A model generated the notes under the pieces. That model was not told the DNA's origin and ran no database searches. It saw nothing but the letters and a program-made list of their open reading frames with translations. From Spirochaetia bacterium (GTDB lineage: Bacteria; Spirochaetota; Spirochaetia; DSM-16054; Sediminispirochaetaceae), in contig JAXHMY010000003.1 in assembly GCA_034520965.1 (NCBI GenBank), positions 96,001 to 160,000 of the forward strand: DNA of 64,000 nucleotides, read 5' to 3'. Both the position numbers and the translations under genes were made by a program. This document shows, piece after piece, positions 32,477-41,752 of this stretch (its first letter is position 1; each line of letters begins with the position of its first letter).

Positions 32477-34804
32477 CTAAACACTGTGTTGAACCGTTGG
32501 ATCATCACTCAGCCATATTTTGAAAAACTCGATCACCGCCTGTTTTTTGTTTAACTCCGTTTTTCCTTCGTCCGGCCCTATGCAGCTGGGACAACCGTAT
32601 TCACAGGCGCACTGGCTAAGTACTTCGGAGGCCGCCTTGAGTATCTGCATCCGCTTCTCTGCAAATCCCTCGGACAGGCCAATTCCCCCGGGAGCCGTGT
32701 CATACACATAGATAGTCGGCACTTTGGTAAAAGGATCCTTAATACGCTCCGCAATACCAATATCCGAGCGCTCACAGAGCAGAAACACAGGTGCAATATT
32801 TCTGATGAGTGTACCGATATGGGCAATTACATGCTCACGGATTTCAGGATCCACCGCCTCCATCGCCTCGGCGGCACGAGTAGCAGCTTCAAAGGCCATC
32901 AGCACCGCCCGAGTGTGGATTTCCTCTTCCGGCAGATGAATATCCCCGTATCCGAGGTTCTCATGGGTTCCAAACTTCAGTTTCTTATATTTGGCCACCT
33001 GACTGCGCACCAGCACATCCCCGCTCAGCACCCGGCAATCAGAATGGGCATCGCTGTTATCTATCTCCAGTACTTTGATATCCGTTTTCACTACCGAATC
33101 GGTGTAGTAATTGAGCTGTGACTCTTTGATATAGCATTTGAGGTTTTCAATATCAAGTTCGAGAGAAAGGAACTGACGATCCCGATGCAGATAAACTGCA
33201 TTTGGAAACAACAGTTCCTTGGCCGAGGGCACGTCCATCTCTCCGATTACCTCATTTCTGCCGCCTGTTGTATCGATTATCACCACACTACGGGGTGAGG
33301 TTGTCCGCAGACTAACCTCTTCGGCAGGGTAGCCCTTACCGGACCAGTACCAGCGGCCGGCACTTTTTCGCAGGGTTCCCGCCTCTTCCAAATAACTCAG
33401 CAGATCCTCGATCTCTTCAGGCTTCAAGGTCTTTCCAAAGGTATCCCCCTCACTGAAGGGAAGCTCAAATACGGCGGATTTCAAGTGATCAATCAACACA
33501 TACAAGTTGTCCGGATTAATCCAGGCCGACTCCGGACTGCGTCCGAAAAAGTAATCCGGATGCTGCACTAAAAACTGGTCGGTAGGTGCCGCCGATGCTA
33601 TCAGAACCGCTATCGACATATTGTTCCGCCGCCCGGCTCGCCCGGCCTGTTGCCAGATTGAGGCAATGGAGGCCGGCATCCCGGCTAGAACCGCAGCATC
33701 CAAAGCTCCTATATCGATTCCCAACTCCAGGGCATTGGTCGACACAACACCGTGTATCCGCCCCTCTCGAAGCCCCTTCTCTATCTCCCGTCGTTCATTA
33801 GGAAGGTATCCCCCCCTGTATGATTCGATACGCAATCTCTCGTTGTCGGTGTATATGTTTTTTACAGCCCTTTTAATGTACGATGCTATCAGTTCGGTTC
33901 TTAACCGAGATCGGGCAAATACAATTGTCTTTATATTCCGACGCAAGAAGGCAAGGGCAATGTTTTTCGCCTCTAACACCACTCCCCGGCGGATACCCTG
34001 TACGGCATCCACCAAGGGCGGATTGTACAACACCACGTGCTTCTCCCCGGCGGGAGCCCCGTTTTGATCAACCAGGGTAACCGGCTCCTCTATTATCTGC
34101 TCCGCAAGCTCTTTGGGGTTTCCAATAGTAGCTGAGCAGAGTATAAACTGAGGAGAGCTGCCGTAAAACTCTGCAATACGCTTTAGCCGCCGAATCAGGT
34201 TGGTCATATGCGAGCCGAAGATGCCCCGATAAGTGTGCACCTCATCAATCACGATATATCTGAGATTACTTAAAAACTTAATCCACTTCGGATGATTCGG
34301 AAGCACCCCCGCATGGAGCATATCCGGGTTTGATATTACTATACGACCGCTCTCGCGTGCCGAGACCCGCAGAGACTGGGGAGTGTCGCCGTCATAGGTG
34401 GCAACCTTCAAGGGCAAGGCTCCTCCCAACACAATTTCGTTCAGCTCCGATTGCTGATCCTGACTTAAGGCTTTGGTTGGAAACATGTAGAGCGCCCGCA
34501 TTTCGGCGTGTTCCAGCAGGGTCTGCACCACCGGCAGGTTGTATGCCAGTGTTTTTCCGCTGGCCGTGGGGGTGACAACTACCACATGCTCTCCCCGCCG
34601 CGCAGCCTGATAGGCTGCCAGCTGGTGGCTGTAGATTTGCTCGATGCCCCTTGTTCTCAACAACTCCTGCAGTTTTGGGGAGAGCTCGTCGGGAATCGGA
34701 CTATATATTCCTTCACGCTTAGGCAGGGTATGCCAGCGACTTACCTGAGAAGAAAACTGCGGATCCCGCTTTAGTTTCTCTATAATAGTGTTATTTGTGT
34801 TCAT
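32477..34804 (-). CDS. DEAH-box helicase with DUF1998 (YprA/MrfA/Hrq1-like)
   Basis: TPTASGKT, DEVH, SAT, TNALELGIDIG, QAGRAGR, C-terminal CACEYGCPSC. Confidence 0.92.
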   Translation of the reverse strand: MNTNNTIIEKLKRDPQFSSQVSRWHTLPKREGIYSPIPDELSPKLQELLRTRGIEQIYSHQLAAYQAARRGEHVVVVTPTASGKTLAYNLPVVQTLLEHAEMRALYMFPTKALSQDQQSELNEIVLGGALPLKVATYDGDTPQSLRVSARESGRIVISNPDMLHAGVLPNHPKWIKFLSNLRYIVIDEVHTYRGIFGSHMTNLIRRLKRIAEFYGSSPQFILCSATIGNPKELAEQIIEEPVTLVDQNGAPAGEKHVVLYNPPLVDAVQGIRRGVVLEAKNIALAFLRRNIKTIVFARSRLRTELIASYIKRAVKNIYTDNERLRIESYRGGYLPNERREIEKGLREGRIHGVVSTNALELGIDIGALDAAVLAGMPASIASIWQQAGRAGRRNNMSIAVLIASAAPTDQFLVQHPDYFFGRSPESAWINPDNLYVLIDHLKSAVFELPFSEGDTFGKTLKPEEIEDLLSYLEEAGTLRKSAGRWYWSGKGYPAEEVSLRTTSPRSVVIIDTTGGRNEVIGEMDVPSAKELLFPNAVYLHRDRQFLSLELDIENLKCYIKESQLNYYTDSVVKTDIKVLEIDNSDAHSDCRVLSGDVLVRSQVAKYKKLKFGTHENLGYGDIHLPEEEIHTRAVLMAFEAATRAAEAMEAVDPEIREHVIAHIGTLIRNIAPVFLLCERSDIGIAERIKDPFTKVPTIYVYDTAPGGIGLSEGFAEKRMQILKAASEVLSQCACEYGCPSCIGPDEGKTELNKKQAVIEFFKIWLSDDPTVQHSV

Positions 34805-34911
34805 GGAGCTCTATAATAGCACTTTTTTTGTGTAACCTGAAGTTTCTTCACTTGTTTTCCTATTAAAAGGAGTTGCATAATTCCAATTTAAAATTAATTA
34901 AGGAGTAGAAC

Positions 34912-35598
34912 ATGACGAAACGAACCATCTCAATCACAATGGTCCTTCTGCTGTTGTTTGCAGGGGCTGGGCTGGCATTTTCAGAAACATCCGTAGTCGG
35001 CAAAGCACTTTCCAGCGATATGTCGGACTTTGGAGCATACGGCGGTTGGAAACTCCGCAGCAATCGTTTATACCAACAGGATACACAAGAACACCTCGCC
35101 AAAATCAACTTTCCCGCACCCCAGAGTGGTTTGATGGAGTATAACTTCGATGTGCGTTACGAGGCCGGCGGCTTGTCCGACCGTATGGGCGGCTTTGGAA
35201 TTCAGTTGTTTGTAGATGATGCGCATAAAGGCAAATCCTGGGGAAACGGCGAATCCTACCTGCTATGGCTCAATTATGATGAAGATCCCACTTATGGAAA
35301 ACCAGGCTTTCGCGGCCAGGTGTACCGCAGTTATTCTCACAGCCGCATGGAACTGCTGGATGGATACGATGTTGCACTGAATCCCGCAGTCCTAACCCCG
35401 GAGAATATGGAGTTGAAAGTTCCTGTCAAAATCCAGGTAAATGGGAATACCGGTATGGTTAAAGTGTGGGATCCCTCCCGCCCCGGAACCTATGTGCGAT
35501 TCTATTTAGATGAAGCACCAAAATCAGGAAAATATATCTCCTTAAGAACCAATAGCTTAGCTGTCAGTTTTGGTGATCCAGAGGTCACTCGAAAGTAG
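34912..35598 (+). CDS. Exported hypothetical protein
   Basis: SD AAGGAG, signal peptide ending AGLA-FS, beta-rich mature region. Confidence 0.75.
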   Translation: MTKRTISITMVLLLLFAGAGLAFSETSVVGKALSSDMSDFGAYGGWKLRSNRLYQQDTQEHLAKINFPAPQSGLMEYNFDVRYEAGGLSDRMGGFGIQLFVDDAHKGKSWGNGESYLLWLNYDEDPTYGKPGFRGQVYRSYSHSRMELLDGYDVALNPAVLTPENMELKVPVKIQVNGNTGMVKVWDPSRPGTYVRFYLDEAPKSGKYISLRTNSLAVSFGDPEVTRK

Positions 35599-35651
35599 CC
35601 GGCAGGGTATATCTAATACGGTATGTGCAAAGGTGGTTTTTACCCACCTTT

Positions 35652-35768
35652 GCGATTCTAAATTTGGAAGTCAAAAGACTTCCAAATTTAGAATTCGCAT
35701 AATTTCTTTGCAAAATTTTATATATCTCAGCGTGTGCGGGCATTCTCATTTTGAAATGAGAATAACTG
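35652..35768. mobile_element. MITE-like double-hairpin element, copy 1
   Basis: Flanked by direct repeat TACCCACCTTTGC (35641-35653 and 35769-35781); homologous to reverse complement of 46447-46588. Confidence 0.75.
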
Positions 35769-35813
35769 TACCCACCTTTGCTTTTTTTTAGTTTTTACTT
35801 ATACTTAGCAGCG

Positions 35814-37102
35814 ATGGAAACCAAGTATTTTTCTGTACGGACTATTCTTTCGCATTACTCACAACAGGTCTTACACTTTTTTCGTTTTTTCTGGAAGGAG
35901 TTAGACAACGATAACTGTATTCTGCGGGCCGGCAGCCTTGCCTTTTCTACCCTGTTAGCATTGGTACCACTCACTGCCTTTGTTTTTTCTTTGCTAACCG
36001 GTTTCGGAGCTTTCGAAACAGTAAGAACCCAGCTTCAGGATTTCTTGTTCCGCTTTCTTATTCCCACTCAATCTGAATCAGCCCTTGTATATATCGAAAG
36101 GTTCATAGAAAACAGCCGTGCCCTGGGGGTAGTGGGGCTTTTAATTTTCGCACTCACCTCTATTTTTTTGTTAAACGGCATTAGTACCAACATCAATGCT
36201 ATTTGGGCCAGCACCTCACGGGTAAGTTTTATCCGCAAATTTATGATGTATCTGGCGGTGATTGTAATCGGCTCCCTCCTCAGTCAGGGGCCAGTTTCAC
36301 TCTCAGCATTAATCTTCAAAATTTTGCCTCCGGGTATCCCGATTTTTCTGCTGTGATGAAAGTACTGTTACAGGCAGCTCCCACTCTTTTTATTTTTATA
36401 GTTATCTGGCTGATGGTATTTGCAGTCCCTTCAGCAAAAGTCTCTTTTCGCAGCAGTTTGCTAGGTGCTGCAGCGGGCACTCTTTTATGGGAGATAGCCC
36501 GTTTTCTGTTTATAGACGGCACAAACTACGTTTTGCGCATCTCGATAATCTACGGCTCACTGGCCGCTATTCCAATTTTTCTGGTCTGGCTTTCACTAAA
36601 CTGGCTCATTATTTTTGCGGCAGCAGAAATTACCTATGTACATCAGCATCGAAATAATTTTGCGAATGCGTATTCCGAAAAAGAAGTATCACCGCGTAGG
36701 GAATTACTCACGGGACTGCAAATTTACCTCTACATTGCATCTCGCTTTTTAATTGGTGATCACCCTACCCGACTTCAGGATCTATCTCGCCATTTTTCTA
36801 TCCCCACAAAAACCCTTGAAAAATACGTCCATCGCTTCGAGCAGCAGGGCTTACTATTTCGATCCCCCTCGGCAAATCCCCACCTTCTGCCGCAAAAGGA
36901 ATTAGCCCATACTTCCGTGGCGGAGGTATTAGAAGCCCTGTGGGGGCCGGAAATTCATCTTTACGATCAAGAAGAAGGGGCAGAAACACCTGAACGTACT
37001 ATTGTCACACAATTCAGCAACACCGCATTAAGCCCTTTTGAAGATACCTCGATCCTTAAACTCCTGTCCTCTGACAACACTGACACTTCCAATGAAACTT
37101 AA
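35814..37102 (+). CDS. YihY/BrkB-family membrane protein with C-terminal wHTH-like region; frameshift near 36285
   Basis: AGSLAFSTLLALVP, NAIW, IYGSLAAIPIFLVWL..NW across ORFs 35778..36356 and 36203..37102. Confidence 0.85.
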
Positions 37103-38681
37103 AGCCGCACTCACATTATTTCTCTTTCTGATCCTCCCCCCGCTGTTGCTTATATACTCGTACTCACCAATGGACCCTCGGCCTGCCGTGTTAATTAAAG
37201 GGGAAACTGTATCTCTCGATCTGTGGACAAGCCTAGTGCAGGAAAACCCGCTGCCCGACGGAATTACTCTTATCAATATTACTCATATCAATGGAAGCGA
37301 TTCTAAAGCTGAACCCAGTTCAGGCAACAACGGGCATGATTCGCTGGAAGTCGTTGCTCATATCCGTATTTCCCATCACACAGCCCAAGCCCCTGTAGAG
37401 CCCCCTTCAGCAAACTCTCTGCTTCTTAAAGAGGAATATTATGTACCGGTAGTACCCCTTTGGAATCCTCGAAACAACATAGAGTTATCCCAAGCTAAAG
37501 AGCTGCCGCTGCTGCCGGTAGATGAAGTTTCACTGCCCCAGAAAGCGTTAGCTGTAAACGGGCTGAGGATAGACTCGCCTGAATATCCTCTTATTGCAAG
37601 GACGTTCATGGAGTTAACTTGGATCCGGAATGCAGACCCGGAATTGAAGACCGCATCTGAAGCCCCTGCCGTTTTGCAGGCTAAAGAGTCGCTCCGCAGG
37701 TGGTTTGACAGGATTTCCGAACTCACTGCTTCCGCTGCTTCCGGGGCGGGCCACATTGTATGGATTGGCGCCGTTGGCGACATGATGCTCCAGCGTGGAG
37801 TACAAGATGTATTGATACGCAACGGGACAGAGGGTCTGCACACAATATTTCAAGATACCCTTCCGATCCTCCAGCAGCAGGACCTGTTGATCGGTAACCT
37901 GGAAGGGGCAGTCACTCGGCACAGTGTTGCAACCCCTAAATCGTACAATTTCCGTTTCTCTCCGCAGGTTTTGCCTTGGCTCAGAGAGGCCGGTTTTGAT
38001 TACTTGTCAATAACCAATAATCATTCCTACGACTATGGGAGCAAGGGCTTTCTTGATACACTCCACCATCTGAGAGAGTCCGGGCTGCATACCTCCGGCG
38101 CCGGTAAGACACCGCAGGAAGCCTATACCCCTACGGAGCTCAGCATTAAGGGCACCACTATTTCAATTTTGTCGGCGGCAGCGTATCCGCAGGAGAAAAA
38201 CGGTTTTGACGGCCGCAGCCAGGCACAGGTTACCGACGATCGTCCCGGTACAATTTTCTCCGGGCCCCGGGTACTCGAAACACTGCGCCGGACCAGCAGC
38301 CCTGATAACATTGATATTATGGTTGCCCACGGAGGCGAAGAGTGGCATTCAAGCCCTTCAGAGGAGCAGCGGCAATTTTATCGGGCCGGTATAGATGCGG
38401 GAGCCGACATTGTCTTCGCCCATCATCCCCACGTTCTACAGGGTATGGAAGCCTATAGGGGCGGCTTAATTGCCTACTCCTTGGGTAACTTTATTTTCCC
38501 GGGTATGTACGAAATACCCTACGCCGAAGAATCTTTGATACTTTCCGCCGGTTTCTACGGCGGCCGTTTACTGTACCTCCTTCCCTATCCTGTGAACATC
38601 AACCATCGAGTAATCTCTCTCGACCAGCCGGGCGGGCCTATTCTGCCGCGCTTTTTAGAGCTCACACGACGACTTCACTAA
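37092..38681 (+). CDS. CapA-family metallophosphoesterase
   Basis: VGDMML, NLEG, NNHSYDYG, HGGEE, HHPHV, YSLGNF; N-terminal TM from MKLK. Confidence 0.88.
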   Translation: MKLKAALTLFLFLILPPLLLIYSYSPMDPRPAVLIKGETVSLDLWTSLVQENPLPDGITLINITHINGSDSKAEPSSGNNGHDSLEVVAHIRISHHTAQAPVEPPSANSLLLKEEYYVPVVPLWNPRNNIELSQAKELPLLPVDEVSLPQKALAVNGLRIDSPEYPLIARTFMELTWIRNADPELKTASEAPAVLQAKESLRRWFDRISELTASAASGAGHIVWIGAVGDMMLQRGVQDVLIRNGTEGLHTIFQDTLPILQQQDLLIGNLEGAVTRHSVATPKSYNFRFSPQVLPWLREAGFDYLSITNNHSYDYGSKGFLDTLHHLRESGLHTSGAGKTPQEAYTPTELSIKGTTISILSAAAYPQEKNGFDGRSQAQVTDDRPGTIFSGPRVLETLRRTSSPDNIDIMVAHGGEEWHSSPSEEQRQFYRAGIDAGADIVFAHHPHVLQGMEAYRGGLIAYSLGNFIFPGMYEIPYAEESLILSAGFYGGRLLYLLPYPVNINHRVISLDQPGGPILPRFLELTRRLH

Positions 38682-38837
38682 ACGCTTCAGTCTTCAAGTT
38701 TTTCAGCCAAAACAGCTCTAAACAAATCAGCTCTGAAAAAGCGCCCTGCCGGGCGCACAAAAAAAGCCCCGCCTTGTTGACGGGACCTACACCCTTATCG
38801 GGCAGAATCCTATTAAAAGTAATGCAGACAGGGGATC

Positions 38838-39032
38838 TTAGAGCGCAGCCAGAGCGGTCTCGGCCTTGCCGTGCTTAATAGTTGCATGACACTGCTTGCA
38901 GACCTTGATTTTCTTTTCTTTTACTTCATGCTCGTACATCAGTTTTATGCCGGTTCGTTTGCAGATTGGGCAAGTACCACGCCCCTGTTTTACCATTTCT
39001 CTTATTCCGCTTCCTCTATGCGATTTGGACAT
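38838..39032 (-). CDS. Small basic CxxC...CxxC protein (possible spirochete ribosomal protein)
   Basis: 64 aa, K/R-rich, CPIC and CKQC; SD AAGGAG; own promoter. Confidence 0.75.
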   Translation of the reverse strand: MSKSHRGSGIREMVKQGRGTCPICKRTGIKLMYEHEVKEKKIKVCKQCHATIKHGKAETALAAL

Positions 39033-39068
39033 AATTTCTCCTTAAACAACTTGTGAAATTGTGTAGAA

Positions 39069-39097
39069 AGAATACTGTCTCAGCTTAAAAAAGTCAA
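39069..39097 (-). promoter_or_regulatory. Sigma-70 promoter of the small Zn-ribbon gene
   Basis: TTGACT-N17-TATTCT on minus strand. Confidence 0.7.
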
Positions 39098-39136
39098 CAT
39101 GCTCACGCAGGCAATGATACCCACGGAGCAATATCA

Positions 39137-39880
39137 CTACAAAGGCTTCTCGGACAGTGAGTCGAGAAAAAGCTCTAAAACCTCCGCACACTTAATCGAA
39201 CAGCCGTCGAGAAAGCGTCGAAAATTCTCAGGACGTTCACCGGCAACTGTATCCGAGACAATTCTAAGCACAGCGGTCGGTATCTTATTTTGGAACCCCG
39301 CCAAGACCACACTGCTGCTCTCCATATCGGCCACATCTCCTTGAAAGCTGTCGCGCAGCATCTCACGAAGTTCTCTTCCCCCCTCGATGGGTAAAAAGCG
39401 GTCTCCGCTTAACACACGTCCGGTATATACCGCAGATCTTGAAGTGGAGCGGTTCGACTGTTTTTCAGCACTCGCCCTAAGTCTCTTGTTTATCCCCGGG
39501 TGGGTATAAATCTCACGAAGCTGCGAGTTGTCAGGCTGTTTGCCTGGAAAAACTCCAAGTCCGCCGCCAATTGCCGAAGTATCAATGTCCCACTGAATTA
39601 CATCCTCCGCAATTACCGTATCCCCAAGACGGTACATCGGGTTGAGAGCGGCCCCTATCCCCACTAACAGAATCGCCTCCGGTTGAAAGCGGCTGCAGAT
39701 ATATTGAGAGGTTAAAGCGGAGAGGGCAATACCGCTGCCGGTCCAGGTACAGATAACTTGCTGACCGGCAAGTACTCCAACCGTAATTTCCCGGCCAGCC
39801 CATTCCAGCCGTTCAGTCTCTTCTATCCTTCTAGCCGTATGGTACATCTCGGCCTGCAGTGCTCCAAGCAGGGCAATCAC
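39137..39880 (-). CDS. mtnN: 5'-methylthioadenosine/SAH nucleosidase family
   Basis: LLGALQAE, VGIGAAL, SGDRF, DMESS, RIVSD. Confidence 0.75.
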   Translation of the reverse strand: MIALLGALQAEMYHTARRIEETERLEWAGREITVGVLAGQQVICTWTGSGIALSALTSQYICSRFQPEAILLVGIGAALNPMYRLGDTVIAEDVIQWDIDTSAIGGGLGVFPGKQPDNSQLREIYTHPGINKRLRASAEKQSNRSTSRSAVYTGRVLSGDRFLPIEGGRELREMLRDSFQGDVADMESSSVVLAGFQNKIPTAVLRIVSDTVAGERPENFRRFLDGCSIKCAEVLELFLDSLSEKPL

Positions 39881-40719
39881 GCCTTACCGTCCCTATAACT
39901 CAGCCATCGAGCTACTGCCTCTGAAAAGCCGCCTTCACCGCAGGCTGCCACTTCGGCAAACCGGCGACGAAGCTCAACCGGAGCATTGGCTACCACGAAA
40001 CCGGTTCCACTCCACTCCAGCATATGCACATCGTTAAAGTCGTTACCCACCGCCATGGTATCCTTCTGAAGTACCCCCACTCTATCAGCCAGCCAAGCAC
40101 TGCCGCTGCCTTTATGGGCGCCAATCGGAAAGAGTTCAATCCAAAAGGATGATCCATCTAAAGGAGAGCTGCTCCAGATAACCGAACACTGCTGCTGAAA
40201 TTCCGCCTGCAGCTTCTGCAGCAGTTCTTGCTCGGGAGGTGTAATTATCACAAACTGGGTTGCCTCAAGATGCCTAACTTGTCGCCATTCAAAGTCGAGG
40301 GCATATTTTTTGTACAATTCTATACGCCTCAGAAAATCACTTTGCCCCTCCCCACCCCGGTGGTAATGAAAGTAATGATTATCGGGGATAGGATGATGTA
40401 CCATAAAATCCAGTTCAAGCTCGATCAACCGCCGGCATAGTTCTTCGGTTTGTTCGACTGAGAAAACAGTTCTTTTCAGAAGCTCTTCCCTCCGGAGCTC
40501 GTACACACCCGCGCCGGAGGAAAACACCACATAATCTACGGGAAAACTCGAATCGATCGCCCGGTAGAGTGACTGTAGAGACCGACCAGTTGCCAGAACT
40601 CGCACATAGTTACTCTTTTTAAGTGATTTGAGTGTATTAATATCCTCTTTGCTGAATCCATTGGTTTTATCGTAGATAGTTCCATCAAAATCGCTTACCA
40701 CCATTCCCCGGTATTTCAC
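39877..40719 (-). CDS. Cof-type HAD-IIB hydrolase
   Basis: SDFDGT, ATGR, KG, GNDFNDVHML. Confidence 0.88.
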   Translation of the reverse strand: MKYRGMVVSDFDGTIYDKTNGFSKEDINTLKSLKKSNYVRVLATGRSLQSLYRAIDSSFPVDYVVFSSGAGVYELRREELLKRTVFSVEQTEELCRRLIELELDFMVHHPIPDNHYFHYHRGGEGQSDFLRRIELYKKYALDFEWRQVRHLEATQFVIITPPEQELLQKLQAEFQQQCSVIWSSSPLDGSSFWIELFPIGAHKGSGSAWLADRVGVLQKDTMAVGNDFNDVHMLEWSGTGFVVANAPVELRRRFAEVAACGEGGFSEAVARWLSYRDGKA

Positions 40720-40723
40720 TGCC

Positions 40724-41605
40724 CTACTCCAATACTTGATACGTACTGCTCGTCAACGGCGATGAAAGGCTTCCGAGTACCCGCTCAAATAGTACTCCAT
40801 CACGATGGGGCACCCGGTGGCCAAAGGTGGCTCGAATCGAAATAGAGACAAACTGTACAGACCTCTCTATGGCAATTGGAAGACTATCCCCCTGCAGCAG
40901 GCTGCCCACTAACACACTGGCAAACAGGTCGCCGGTTCCAGGATAAAAGGCGGGAACGTAATCGCAGTCAATCCTCCAAAAGCGGCCGTCCTGCCGATCA
41001 TATGCAACCACCGTTGACACGTCCGGCTTACCGTCGGTTTTGACGCTGGTCATAACTACCATACGAGGGCCCATTTCGCTTAAGCCCAGGAGTTGTTTTT
41101 TTATCTGATCATGAGAAATAGTATTCTGTAGTTCTGTGTTAAGTAAAAAGCTCGCTTCAGTGATGTTAGGAGTAATTATATCAGCTTTTTCAACCAGCCG
41201 ACGCATCTCTTCAACCATTAACCTATCAAAAGGCCCGTATAATTCTCCATCATCTCCCAGCACAGGATCCACCATTATCAACTGATCTTCATCGCTGGTT
41301 CGAAAATCATCAATAAAGCTCCTGACGATTTCTACCTGCGCACTTGAACCTAAAAAGCCGGAATAAATCGCATCAAAATCTACCTGCAGTTGTTTCCAGT
41401 GCGATGCAATTGGTTCCATCTGCTCTGTAAGATCGAGAAAGGTGTAGTTTTCGAAACCTCCCGTATGGGTCGACAACAGAGCCGTCGGCAAAGGGCAGAC
41501 CTGCACCCCCATGGTAGATAAGACCGGTAGAATTATTGTAAGTGAAGACCTGCCGAAACCTGAAAGGTCGTGAATTGCCGCTGCCCGCGGAACCGGTTTG
41601 CGCAT
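40724..41605 (-). CDS. pdxK: Pyridoxal/pyridoxamine kinase
   Basis: DLSGFGRSSL, LSTHTGG, VDPVLGDDG, TPNITEA, GTGDLF. Confidence 0.88.
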   Translation of the reverse strand: MRKPVPRAAAIHDLSGFGRSSLTIILPVLSTMGVQVCPLPTALLSTHTGGFENYTFLDLTEQMEPIASHWKQLQVDFDAIYSGFLGSSAQVEIVRSFIDDFRTSDEDQLIMVDPVLGDDGELYGPFDRLMVEEMRRLVEKADIITPNITEASFLLNTELQNTISHDQIKKQLLGLSEMGPRMVVMTSVKTDGKPDVSTVVAYDRQDGRFWRIDCDYVPAFYPGTGDLFASVLVGSLLQGDSLPIAIERSVQFVSISIRATFGHRVPHRDGVLFERVLGSLSSPLTSSTYQVLE

Positions 41606-41752
41606 ACCGCGCCTCCTTCTTTTTACCTCGCGCTAATAATCTTCCTGTTTGATTTTATCTCATTTTGCAGGTTCTAGGGTACCGTAAAAAAGCCAAAAAG
41701 CAAATAGCCAAAGCTCATTTTATGGGGCGATGATGACACACCCGCCGCCGGT

